This document shows positions 36,426 through 45,909 of a stretch of 64,000 nucleotides of DNA, in pieces. Position numbers and translations under genes: made by a program. How positions within the stretch are numbered: the first letter of the stretch is position 1; every line of letters begins with the position of its first letter. The DNA lies in NCBI GenBank assembly GCA_030698625.1, contig JAUYMS010000028.1:3854-67853 (forward strand), read 5' to 3'. This DNA comes from Candidatus Omnitrophota bacterium. GTDB taxonomy: Bacteria; Omnitrophota; Omnitrophia; Omnitrophales; Aquincolibacteriaceae. The notes below the pieces were generated by a model. The model searched no databases and was not told where the DNA came from. It was given only the letters and a program-made list of their open reading frames with translations.

Positions 36426-38347
36426 GTACACCCGTTAAGTATTACTTTCTAGAAACGTGCTCGCCGCGCTTTACGGAACGGGATGCGAAAGTAATCTCGC
36501 TTACGCCGCAGGTGTCCTACGAGCTTGGCCGGCGTGGTATTCCTTACCGGATCCTGGAAGACTTCTATAGTGAGCGGGATCTACGCAGCGGGGAAGACGA
36601 GTATTTTACTGACCAACTTAACTGGTTTAAGCGATTCGATGCTTTTTTGGGAGAGCACATCGCCTGGTCTTCGAGCGACAGATGTGCGCTGGCGCGTACC
36701 CACTACGACCACCTAAAGTATTTCGTCGACACCATCATCATTCAATCCTACATCTTATCGAAAGTGATTGCGTCGATTGCTCCCGAAAATCCCTCGATCG
36801 AATATATCAAGGCATCGTACTTGAGCGAGCGTAAGCAGACCATGGAGCAATTCCGATACGGGGAGCAATCAACTTTGTTCGCTGAGCTCATGCCCTATGT
36901 TTGCAAGAAATTTCCGAATGTGAAGTTTACGGTTACCTGCGAAGAAGTGACTCCTTCGGACAAGGCAAGCACAACCCCCGGGACAGTCCCTGGATGGTTT
37001 GAGGCCGGCATGCAATACGTCAAGGAGCGCGTTCGAGCCGTTTACTATCCGCTGAAATATCGCTCGTCGTCAAGTGGTGGATCGCCTGCGAATAATCTGC
37101 GTTGTCTCTTCATCCATACGGGGAGCAGGCATCTCGACCCGGTGATCCGCCAATTAATCGGAGCTGGTGCTGTAGTCTATGGCCTGAATGGCGATGCGGC
37201 CTATCGCTTGGACTGTATCCGTCCCGGGCCAAACGATAAGATCAACGCAGCGCAACAGGATGAGTTGAGCGGTGATCTGAAGCGGCAATGCGAGGCGGCC
37301 TCTCGGGAATTGTTCGGAGGAGAAGCCGAGATTGTAAGGTGGATAGAAAATCGATGCGGGCTCCAACTGCGAGACTTTTTACGACCTTACCTCACGGCCT
37401 TTGTGAAAGATGCCCTCTCGGAGACCCTGAAGTTGGCGAACGCATTCAAGCATTTCTACGAGGAAAGGAACATCACTCATGTTTTTAGTCACACCGGCTC
37501 GGATAAGCACTCCCGCGCGGGGATTTTAGGTGCGAAAATGGTTGAGGGCACTATGTCGGTGGGGATACAGCACGGTTGTGAAATATTCGAGGACAAGGTC
37601 TGGGATATTAGGGATATTGATACTTTTGATCATTATCTGGCGACAGACGATTATTCGCAGGAAAAATTCAGGAAGTCCCTGGAGTTTGACTATGTGGGTC
37701 ACCACCGCATCGAGCAGTCGTCGCATTATCTTCAGAGTATTAAGGCGCGGCACGCGGCACTTCCGAGGAGACGGGGATCCGCGAGGAAGTGTTTCCTCTA
37801 TCTGCCGTCCAAGCTGTCCGTACACCGGCGCTGTTTTAACAGCATGGTTTATCCGGTTCTGTGGTACTACGAGTTTCAAAAGAATCTCTTAGATTTTATG
37901 GGAAGCCAGGCCGCGGAATACGACTTCATTTACAAACAAGCCCCTGCGAGGAATCCGTATGCCAAGGAATCCGTTATACGCTATTTACACGACCGTCAAT
38001 TTAGTAACATTAGGGTGGAAACGGCACCTCCCGTTGAATTCTTCAACACCGTAGACGGGGTTATCATGGACCGTGCCACGACAGCCTTTTTTGAAGCGGC
38101 TGTTTGCAACGTCCCGACTCTGGTCATCTATCCTTCTTTCATGGGCGAGATCATCAATGAAATGACAAGCGCGGAAAATAGGCGATGCACCGCGTCATTT
38201 TCTTCCTGGGAAGAAGCCTTTCGGAACATCGCGGAGTTCATCAGAGAGCCCTCGCGTAGACATACCCCTAAACTCAGCCTCACGAAGGACAGTGTCGTGG
38301 ATGCCGTAGCGAAGATGTCGGCAAATATCCTGGGATCCTCTGTGTAG
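36422..38347 (+). CDS. Hypothetical 641-aa soluble protein, candidate glycosyltransferase (GT-B-like C-terminal half)
   Basis: No motif I can assign confidently. Sits between pse/acetamidino genes and the flippase. The C-terminal 'VIMDRATTAFFEAAVCNVPTLVIYPSF' resembles GT-B / capsule-synthesis family donor-binding segments. Confidence 0.4.
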   Translation: MSTPVKYYFLETCSPRFTERDAKVISLTPQVSYELGRRGIPYRILEDFYSERDLRSGEDEYFTDQLNWFKRFDAFLGEHIAWSSSDRCALARTHYDHLKYFVDTIIIQSYILSKVIASIAPENPSIEYIKASYLSERKQTMEQFRYGEQSTLFAELMPYVCKKFPNVKFTVTCEEVTPSDKASTTPGTVPGWFEAGMQYVKERVRAVYYPLKYRSSSSGGSPANNLRCLFIHTGSRHLDPVIRQLIGAGAVVYGLNGDAAYRLDCIRPGPNDKINAAQQDELSGDLKRQCEAASRELFGGEAEIVRWIENRCGLQLRDFLRPYLTAFVKDALSETLKLANAFKHFYEERNITHVFSHTGSDKHSRAGILGAKMVEGTMSVGIQHGCEIFEDKVWDIRDIDTFDHYLATDDYSQEKFRKSLEFDYVGHHRIEQSSHYLQSIKARHAALPRRRGSARKCFLYLPSKLSVHRRCFNSMVYPVLWYYEFQKNLLDFMGSQAAEYDFIYKQAPARNPYAKESVIRYLHDRQFSNIRVETAPPVEFFNTVDGVIMDRATTAFFEAAVCNVPTLVIYPSFMGEIINEMTSAENRRCTASFSSWEEAFRNIAEFIREPSRRHTPKLSLTKDSVVDAVAKMSANILGSSV

Positions 38348-38349
38348 TC

Positions 38350-39882
38350 ATGAAGACATCAAGCGGTGGTCGCGCGCGAATCGCCAAGGATGCGGGTTTG
38401 TATCTAGCCGGATCTTATGGCGCTCAGTTCTTTGATATCATTAACGGAATTCTTATCCGGCGATTTCTCGGACCGGAGAATATGGGCATCTGGGCGTTCC
38501 TTCAGGTAATTTTGAATTACGCGAAGCATTCGGCGCTGGGTGTTACGGCGGCAACATCAAGAGATGTGCCGTATTACCGCCGCAAAGGTGAAAATGACAA
38601 GGCCGAACGCGTTAAGAACATGGTGTTTAGTTTCACGGTTGTTACAGCTACGTTAGCCGGGCTGGGGGTTATCGTCTATGCGTTGATGAATCGAGATAAA
38701 TATGATACCCCATTCTTTTTCGGCCTTGTGGTAATAGGAATCCTTATCGTCTTGCAGCGTCTGTTTAATCTCCACATAGTTCTGCTGCGCGCCCTCAAGG
38801 AATTTGCATTCGCCTCTACGGCCAATGTTTGTTCTAGTGTGCTTACGGTCCTGTTCACGGTGAGTTTGGTTTGGCGTTTCGGGCTCTATGGTCTTTTTGC
38901 AGGGCTTATCTTGAACTATATCCTGATGATTGCCGGCATCAGCATTAAATCGGGAATTCGTTTCCGTTTTATTTTCCGATTCGGGGAGTTGTCTCCGATA
39001 TTTAGCCTTGGTTTTGCCATGTTGGTATACGGTGTACTCACAACGATTTTGATGAGTGTGGACCGTATCATGATTACGAAGTATATGGGTTTTGAGGCTC
39101 TCGGGATTTACAGTATCGCGCTGATGGCGGGCAATTATCTTTTTAGTTTGCCGACAATGCTGGCCGTGGCTTTCTCCCCGTATTTACAAGAGGCCTATGC
39201 GGAAAGAGATGTCGCGAAGGATCTGGAGAAATTCCTCGTGGTGCCGACACTGGTGATTGGGTATCTTTTTCCGTGCCTCATCGCTCTTGTGTGGGTGGTG
39301 TCGGACTGGCTCATTCCGTTGCTTTTGCCCGCCTATGTCGCCGGCATTCCTGCCCTTAAGTGTCTTATCCTAAGCAGCTTTTTTCGAGGCCTCTTGCACC
39401 CGTTTCTTTCTTTTTTTGTGACAGTTCGAAAACACTGGCACCTATGCCCTATCCAGGGATTTCTGGCACTCTTATGCTTCGGGCTGACTTGGGCCTTTAT
39501 GAAGAGCGGGATGGGATTGCTGGGGGTGGCTCTCGCAAGCGTGATTACGTACGGATTGGGGTTTGGGCTTATTTCGGCCTATTGCTATCGGCGAATCCAG
39601 TCTTTGAAGAAGGCTCTTGGGATTTACATCAGGATATTCGGTGTGTTTGTTTATTTTTCGGGCGCACTGTACCTCATGGACTCTTATGCACAGACTTTTC
39701 CTCCGACGATACTTCGGTTTTCTTTGCAGTTTGCAGTGTTCATGGTGCTGATGCTGCCGTGGATATTTCTGGCGGAGAGGGAAACGAAAGCCTTAACGAC
39801 GCTAAGGGCGGTTGTGAAGAGTTGGCTCGAGAAGCGTGCTAACCGGGGAAACCCTTCAGTTCCGAACGAAGAAAGTCAATAA
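38350..39882 (+). CDS. Wzx-like oligosaccharide flippase (polysaccharide biosynthesis protein, MOP superfamily)
   Basis: About 14 predicted TM helices. N-terminal 'RIAKDAGLYLAGSYGAQF' is typical of Wzx proteins. Confidence 0.75.
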   Translation: MKTSSGGRARIAKDAGLYLAGSYGAQFFDIINGILIRRFLGPENMGIWAFLQVILNYAKHSALGVTAATSRDVPYYRRKGENDKAERVKNMVFSFTVVTATLAGLGVIVYALMNRDKYDTPFFFGLVVIGILIVLQRLFNLHIVLLRALKEFAFASTANVCSSVLTVLFTVSLVWRFGLYGLFAGLILNYILMIAGISIKSGIRFRFIFRFGELSPIFSLGFAMLVYGVLTTILMSVDRIMITKYMGFEALGIYSIALMAGNYLFSLPTMLAVAFSPYLQEAYAERDVAKDLEKFLVVPTLVIGYLFPCLIALVWVVSDWLIPLLLPAYVAGIPALKCLILSSFFRGLLHPFLSFFVTVRKHWHLCPIQGFLALLCFGLTWAFMKSGMGLLGVALASVITYGLGFGLISAYCYRRIQSLKKALGIYIRIFGVFVYFSGALYLMDSYAQTFPPTILRFSLQFAVFMVLMLPWIFLAERETKALTTLRAVVKSWLEKRANRGNPSVPNEESQ

Positions 39883-40882
39883 TAAGCCGCGTCACTTCCG
39901 CATGGCCGCTGCTATTGAGATGGGTGTCCAGGGGAAAGTAAAGAGTTCCATAATCCTCCCTGGTCCTAAAAACTCTCCAAAGACTTAGTAGCGGGATAGT
40001 CCTGCTCGCGGCGTAGCGCTCCAAATAGGTATGCGTCAGGAATTGTTCGGGTTTGAGTATCTCCTCACGGCGGGGGATGTAGATAATGGCGAATTGAATG
40101 CCTCTGCTATCGGTAAAGCCTTTGATGCGCTCAAGCCACTCTGCTGTAGCGGCAAATTCCGTGTCGGTGATTGTGTACGGGATAACGAAATTGCGCTTGA
40201 AGTTTACGACGAACGCATAGAGGGCGCTTCGGCCATAGAAAAGATGATCAAGCGTTTGGCTGATCCGGCCAAACGCCCGATAGAAAAATGAAAGAAATGG
40301 CGACGGATTATAGTGGTTTGTCTTATCAAGGGCCTTCTGAAAGTTGTCTTGAATGTCATTCTGGAAAAAACAGAGCACTACGGAATCCGGGGAGTACTTG
40401 ATCCCTTCTGACTGCAGAAAACGAAATTCATCGGCAGTTGACGAACCGGGCGCGCCGCCGTTGATAGCTTCGCCGTAGGCCGCGATCTTCTTGTTGACCC
40501 CCGCCACAAAAGTTTGGTGTTCCTCTACGCCCGTTCCGTAGGTGAATGAATCTCCGAGAAACAGGATGCGGTAGCGTGAAGGCGACTTTTCGTAGGGCGT
40601 CTCGGGATTTCGCAACCCTTTGGTGTTAATGCCGACCGTCATTTCGTACTCGCGTCTTTTGACGACTGCCTGGCTGCCCGGGATATTCCATTCTCCGAGA
40701 GTCGGGTGCTTGCCGAAAGTCGGCTGTGACGAGGGATGGCGGATGTTGAATTGATGATTGAGGAATTCGCTGCGCGCCGGCGAAGGGAATATTCGAAAAG
40801 CAATTTCGAGGAAAAGAATGAATATCAGCGTTGAAATTGCGGCTGCGGTGATGTTATTCGCTATTTTCGTTTTTGTGCTCAT
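39839..40882 (-). CDS. Membrane-anchored SGNH/GDSL hydrolase (paralog 1 of 3)
   Basis: N-terminal TM helix. 'ILFLGDSFTYG' block I. C-terminal 'DTHLNSSGH' DxxH block V. Confidence 0.7.
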   Translation of the reverse strand: MSTKTKIANNITAAAISTLIFILFLEIAFRIFPSPARSEFLNHQFNIRHPSSQPTFGKHPTLGEWNIPGSQAVVKRREYEMTVGINTKGLRNPETPYEKSPSRYRILFLGDSFTYGTGVEEHQTFVAGVNKKIAAYGEAINGGAPGSSTADEFRFLQSEGIKYSPDSVVLCFFQNDIQDNFQKALDKTNHYNPSPFLSFFYRAFGRISQTLDHLFYGRSALYAFVVNFKRNFVIPYTITDTEFAATAEWLERIKGFTDSRGIQFAIIYIPRREEILKPEQFLTHTYLERYAASRTIPLLSLWRVFRTREDYGTLYFPLDTHLNSSGHAEVTRLIIDFLRSELKGFPG

Positions 40883-43368
40883 GCCGCTATTTTTTTCCGC
40901 CCCGCTTTTTTCCGCTTCGTAGTTTTTGACGCCCATAGAAAGAGGCATGCGCTGACGACCAGTCCCGCGCCGTACGGCACCCGCGGGAATGGATCGAGAT
41001 AAAAACGGACGACATGATTACCGGGTGGAACACGGACGGCCCTAAAGGCGTGATAGGCAATGTAGAGCGGTGTGTCCCTGCCGTCAAGAGTGCTTTTCCA
41101 GCCCGGATGATAGGTGTCTGTGAGGACAAGGATCCTTTCATCGTCTGTGTGAACTTCAACTTCAACTCGGTGGGGGGTGTACTCGGCGATCGTCACCTTA
41201 TCCTCGGCTGAGAGCGCCTTGGAACTGATTGCGGGGGCGTTTTTACCTTCGAGTATGGCTACTTCTCGCGGATCAGTGCTGCTGTCTTCGAGCCATGCCA
41301 ATGATTGAGCCGCATCTCGCGCGACGGCGGACTCGGCAACCAGAAATGCGCGGTCCAGTGCATTCCGGTTCTGGTAAACGAGAAATTCCGTGTCTTCAAA
41401 AACGGGAGTGCGCCCCGGGAGAATATCGGGCTTTGTTGTTATGACGTATTTCACGTTAAGTAGATCTGCGAGCTGATCATCGTACTGGTAAATGTCATGA
41501 AGGCGGATGGTATCAATCGCCTCATTGTGCGCAAGCAGTTTGAAGACATCGCTGTAGCGCCTTAGCGTCAGCGCTTGATACCCGTGAACGGAAGACAGGC
41601 CATGCACTAACTGCTGATCCGCGGGAAGGAACTGGGTGTGCCCCCAGGGGAAACCGACCTCGTCCCTGGGTTTCAAGGAGAGGAAGCGGAAGTATGACGC
41701 GTCTTGTTTGAGAAAGGCGATCGTTGGGTTGACGGGATACGCAGTGTTACGCGGCACGAGAGTGTTGAACGGGAGGGGGTGGGCCACAAAGCCATCCCAT
41801 ATCACCATTCCAAAGAAAACAATACCAAGTACGAGTCTTGGGGCCTTCCGTTTTTTGAAAGTCACAAACAGAACAGTGCCTGCCCCGTAGAGGATAAGCG
41901 GTACGAATATAGCCGGGGATCGCCAGTTTGCCCATGTCTCGAGCCATAGGAGAAAGTCAGTTATGCGCTCACGGTAAAAACTCTCGGTCTGTTGATAAGC
42001 GCCGCGCGTCATGATGAAGCCGAGCGTCTTTTCATGGAGAGCTTCGAGCGCAAAAGAATTAATAGCCATAACGATAAGATCCTTGATCAGAAAAAACGCG
42101 AGGAGGATCAAGAGAAATCTTGCGAATCGCCTCACCCAAGTTGCGGCCAGGGTATGCGGTGAACTTGTAACCGTGATACTGTTCATAAAGGCGGCCATGC
42201 CGGCGGCCGCAAGAATGGGTATCGTGACGGTCGTGAGCACAGTCATCCGTTGCGTGTTGATGAGCATGTTGACGAGCGGGATATCACGCAAGAGCGGCAA
42301 GATAAATACCTCGCCGCCCAGCACATAAGCGAGTGTGGCAAGAAAGGTAATCCAGTGCGGCAGCAGCCACGCGGTGATCTTGCGGGCAGACCAGGCGCAG
42401 CAAATAAAGAAAGCGGCAAACAGCCCCGGGTACCAGAAGTCGTGCAGACGGATCTTCCGCCCTGACATTGCAACGCCGATCGCTTGCATGAGCCGATCAT
42501 GAATGTGAGGGGATTGGATTGAATGGTGTGTCAGAAAGTCCGGAAATAGTACGGTTAAAAGACTGAAAGGACTGATGAAAAGCGGGGTCGTTTCCGCCAA
42601 CGTCTCGCGCGTCGAGTTTAATCCCACGACGCCGAGAATATAGGTCCGAAACCACACCACGGATAGAAACGTCACTATGTAAGTTAACGCATAGAAGAAT
42701 AGCTGCCGTCTGCCGCCCGCCGACTCATCATTTGATTGCAGAATCCGAATAAAGAAGTAGACGGTAGCGATGGGGATGAGATAAATAGGGTAATTGGCAT
42801 GGGAGCCCAGGAAGAGCAAGGCAGTGCTTGCTGTGGCGAGAAGTAAATAACGCGTCCTTCTGGTTTCGATGAGGCACTCGAAGAAGAGCAGCACCAACGG
42901 GAATAAGAAGAGTTGAATCTGGGGTTCCACGAGACAATCGGTGACCCATTCCGATCGCATGAAAAGAATGGCTCCAAAGAGACTCGCGATGCGGTGCCCT
43001 GTCATTCGCGATAAGTAGGCATACATGCAGAGTCCGGCGAGGAGATACGTCAAAATGAAAATAAGAAACCAAGCGGTTTCCGTCTGAAACAATAGAATGA
43101 GCGGCATAAACAAAAGCCAGGCGGGATTCGATACAGCCGTGTCCGCCATGTTGCCGGCCACCGATCCTGTGACCCACCACACGGGGAAATGGCCGGCCAA
43201 TGCCCAACGCTTGAAATAGGCCATGGCAGGGTAGGACATGAATCGCCCGTCCGTATGTAGCGGCATCGTCCCGGAAACGATCGGCTCCCAGAACACGACA
43301 AGAGAGACAGCCGCTAGCACGACGAGGCTCAGCGCAAGTTCGTAGGATTTTTTGGTGGAATGGCTCAT
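40879..43368 (-). CDS. YfhO-family GT-C membrane glycosyltransferase (second copy), 829 aa
   Basis: Polytopic N-terminal half with a YfhO-like block 'FPVWWVTGSVAGNMADTAVSNPAW'. Large C-terminal periplasmic domain. Paralogous in architecture to 796..3141. Confidence 0.65.
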   Translation of the reverse strand: MSHSTKKSYELALSLVVLAAVSLVVFWEPIVSGTMPLHTDGRFMSYPAMAYFKRWALAGHFPVWWVTGSVAGNMADTAVSNPAWLLFMPLILLFQTETAWFLIFILTYLLAGLCMYAYLSRMTGHRIASLFGAILFMRSEWVTDCLVEPQIQLFLFPLVLLFFECLIETRRTRYLLLATASTALLFLGSHANYPIYLIPIATVYFFIRILQSNDESAGGRRQLFFYALTYIVTFLSVVWFRTYILGVVGLNSTRETLAETTPLFISPFSLLTVLFPDFLTHHSIQSPHIHDRLMQAIGVAMSGRKIRLHDFWYPGLFAAFFICCAWSARKITAWLLPHWITFLATLAYVLGGEVFILPLLRDIPLVNMLINTQRMTVLTTVTIPILAAAGMAAFMNSITVTSSPHTLAATWVRRFARFLLILLAFFLIKDLIVMAINSFALEALHEKTLGFIMTRGAYQQTESFYRERITDFLLWLETWANWRSPAIFVPLILYGAGTVLFVTFKKRKAPRLVLGIVFFGMVIWDGFVAHPLPFNTLVPRNTAYPVNPTIAFLKQDASYFRFLSLKPRDEVGFPWGHTQFLPADQQLVHGLSSVHGYQALTLRRYSDVFKLLAHNEAIDTIRLHDIYQYDDQLADLLNVKYVITTKPDILPGRTPVFEDTEFLVYQNRNALDRAFLVAESAVARDAAQSLAWLEDSSTDPREVAILEGKNAPAISSKALSAEDKVTIAEYTPHRVEVEVHTDDERILVLTDTYHPGWKSTLDGRDTPLYIAYHAFRAVRVPPGNHVVRFYLDPFPRVPYGAGLVVSACLFLWASKTTKRKKAGRKKIAA

Positions 43369-43459
43369 GGTGATAACTGTAACGGCAGATGATACTTGAT
43401 TCGATCGGGAACCTCAAGAACATGTGGTCAAGGTGGGATTTGACTCCTATAATAAAAAG

Positions 43460-44683
43460 ATGAAAAAAGCCGAAAAGAACAGTACCCGGAACTGGATGCT
43501 CCTCGCGGCGGCTGTCGTCGCTCCACTCCTAATTGCTGAAATTGCATTGCACGGGTTTATCCCGGCAGCAGATCGGCCGGAGGCTTTTGCTCATCAGTTA
43601 AGCGAAAACCCCAAACTCTTTTATGATCCTGTGCCGAGAGCGAGTCGGGAAGTCACCTATTTTGAGGGGACCGTGGATGAGACCGCGGTCCGTTATGAGA
43701 TCAATGCGGCCGGTTTCCGGGATCGGGATTATTCGGTCAAGCCGCCTAGCGGCGTGGAGCGAATTGTTTTTCTTGGAGATTCGATTGTTTTTGGTTTTTC
43801 AGTAGACGGGCACGACGCTATGCCTAAACAGCTGGAACAGCGATTTCGGGATCATGATGATGCGACGCAAGTTCTTAATATGGGGGTATCGGGTTATGAC
43901 ACCGAGCAGGAGGTGGAATTTTTTAAGGTCAAAGGCGCCGCGTATGAACCGGATCTGGTTGTTGTGGGGTACGCATTGAATGATGCCCGTTATGCCTCGT
44001 GGGAACTCGATGTCTTACGGAATAATTGGGAGGCATTTGTCCGGCAGCCTGCGACGAACATTCGAACAAAGACCCTAGCATTCCTATTCAAAAACTCCCG
44101 AATCCTCGATCTTCTCAACCGACAATTTCATATTCAGAAGAGGGCATCATTCCTTCAGGCCTATCCGCTACTGTTTGATTTCGTTGAGGAGAAGTACTTG
44201 AGTCAGCGAGATCCGGAAGGGAGCCCGTATCGCCGTTTGGAAGCACTCATACAGCAAGAGGCGACTCGCCTGGGGACACCCGAACCGGCTCTCAACTACA
44301 TGATGCAGGGCATCGGTTTCCGTAATGAGAATCCTGTATTCTCATCGCACTGGCAGTTGAGTGAAGCCGCTTTTCGGGATCTGGCCCAGTTGTCGAAAGA
44401 GCGGGGGTTTGGCGTTGCGGTGGTACTATGGCCGCTCATGAGTTCCATGGCGACGTATCCGCTGGGTCCCTTGCATCAGTTTTTGCGAGTTAAGTTGGAG
44501 GCGATGGGCTTTGAAGTCATTGACCCGAAAGACTATCTGCAAGAACTCTGGATGAGTCATGGCGATAAATTGAGTCTCGACGGTATCCATTTTACACCCT
44601 GGGCGAATGAGAAAATCTCGAACTTCCTTTATCCCCGAATAAGAGACATTCTGAGGGCTCAAGCCTCAGATAATGATGGCTAG
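43460..44683 (+). CDS. Membrane-anchored SGNH/GDSL hydrolase (paralog 2 of 3)
   Basis: 'IVFLGDSIVFG' block I and 'DGIHFT' block V with an N-terminal TM helix. The alternative start 43424 was not preferred. Confidence 0.65.
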   Translation: MKKAEKNSTRNWMLLAAAVVAPLLIAEIALHGFIPAADRPEAFAHQLSENPKLFYDPVPRASREVTYFEGTVDETAVRYEINAAGFRDRDYSVKPPSGVERIVFLGDSIVFGFSVDGHDAMPKQLEQRFRDHDDATQVLNMGVSGYDTEQEVEFFKVKGAAYEPDLVVVGYALNDARYASWELDVLRNNWEAFVRQPATNIRTKTLAFLFKNSRILDLLNRQFHIQKRASFLQAYPLLFDFVEEKYLSQRDPEGSPYRRLEALIQQEATRLGTPEPALNYMMQGIGFRNENPVFSSHWQLSEAAFRDLAQLSKERGFGVAVVLWPLMSSMATYPLGPLHQFLRVKLEAMGFEVIDPKDYLQELWMSHGDKLSLDGIHFTPWANEKISNFLYPRIRDILRAQASDNDG

Positions 44684-44765
44684 GCCAGTTATTAGTCGTA
44701 AGGCTTTATGATTAATAGGCTTATGACGCCGGCATGAAGCGCCTAAATGGTCGAATAAGGGGTCC

Positions 44766-44794
44766 TTTACAGCCCTCAAGATTTCCTGTAAAAT
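44766..44794 (+). promoter_or_regulatory. Sigma70-like promoter TTTACA-N17-TAAAAT
   Basis: Lies in the 212-bp gap before the epimerase gene. Confidence 0.4.
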
Positions 44795-44831
44795 ACGTCG
44801 CTTCAAGCATTTATCGCAGATTTCGCGGGTC

Positions 44832-44845
44832 GGTGAGTGCTCACC
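44832..44845. promoter_or_regulatory. Perfect inverted repeat GGTGAG-TG-CTCACC between promoter and start codon
   Basis: Seen directly in the sequence. No T-run follows, so it looks like an operator or leader hairpin rather than a terminator. Confidence 0.35.
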
Positions 44846-44895
44846 CCGAAGCGTTGTGAATTCCCGCCAAAATACCGTAAGGAGCTCAAAGGATT

Positions 44896-45909
44896 TTGAG
44901 AATGCAGAATTGTCTTGTTACAGGTGGTGCAGGTTTTATTGGAAGTCATTTGGTAGAGCGCTTGTTGCGTGACGGTCACCGAGTGACTGTGCTGGATAAC
45001 CTTAGTACAGGTCGCCTGAGCAATCTGTCGTTTGCGCAAGATAATACCTCTCTGACTTTTCATCAACAGGATGTCGCGGAGGCGTCTGCCATTGAGGGGT
45101 TCTTCAGCGGAGTTGATTGGGTGTTTCACTTGGCGGCGTTAGCAGATATTGTCCCGTCGATAGAGCGGCCGCTTGATTACCATCGCGCGAATGTCGACGG
45201 TACGGTTGCTGTGCTGGAAGCTTCGCGAAAGGCGGGAGTTAAAAGATTCGTCTACACGGCGTCATCTTCCTGTTACGGCATCCCCGATAAATACCCTACT
45301 CCCGAGTCCGCGCCTATTCGTCCCCAATACCCCTATGCCCTAACCAAATACATCGGCGAGACGACAGCGATGCACTGGACGCAGGTATACGGGTTGCCCG
45401 TTGTGTCTCTGCGGCTCTTTAACGTTTATGGACCGCGGTCGCGGACATCAGGAACATATGGCGCCGTATTTGGAGTGTTTTTGGCCCAGAAGCTTGCCGG
45501 TAAGCCATTTACGGTTGTTGGTGACGGAAAACAAACGAGGGACTTCACTTTTGTCTCGGATGTGGTTGATGCCTTCGTCGCAGCGGCGGCTTCAGATAAG
45601 TCCGGTGAGATCTTGAACATTGGTTCGGGCAATACGTACAGCGTTAATCTTCTGGTGAGTCTCCTGGGCGGAGAGGTTGTTTATATTCCCAAGCGCCCAG
45701 GGGAGCCCGACTGCACGTTTGCGGACACGGCAAGGATCCGCGACGTGCTCTCATGGACTCCGCGAGTCAGTTTTGAAGAGGGCGTCCAAGTGATGCTCGA
45801 CAATATCGAATGTTGGCGGGAGGCCCCTGTCTGGAACGAGTCGTCCATCGCTGAAGCGACACGGGGTTGGTTCCAATATCTTAGTCCCGAAGGAGCTTCG
45901 AAGCAATGA
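44896..45909 (+). CDS. NAD-dependent sugar epimerase/dehydratase (UDP-glucuronate decarboxylase / 4-epimerase-like)
   Basis: 'CLVTGGAGFIGSHLVERL' motif and YxxxK 'YALTK'. Confidence 0.8.
   Translation: MRMQNCLVTGGAGFIGSHLVERLLRDGHRVTVLDNLSTGRLSNLSFAQDNTSLTFHQQDVAEASAIEGFFSGVDWVFHLAALADIVPSIERPLDYHRANVDGTVAVLEASRKAGVKRFVYTASSSCYGIPDKYPTPESAPIRPQYPYALTKYIGETTAMHWTQVYGLPVVSLRLFNVYGPRSRTSGTYGAVFGVFLAQKLAGKPFTVVGDGKQTRDFTFVSDVVDAFVAAAASDKSGEILNIGSGNTYSVNLLVSLLGGEVVYIPKRPGEPDCTFADTARIRDVLSWTPRVSFEEGVQVMLDNIECWREAPVWNESSIAEATRGWFQYLSPEGASKQ

Noticed and set aside
43369-43459. Possible divergent promoter (TATAAT at about 43447) between the YfhO and SGNH genes
   Set aside because: The -10 is perfect, but the only -35 candidate (TGGTCA) is poor, and the SGNH start codon choice (43424 versus 43460) changes the geometry. 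Too uncertain to call.
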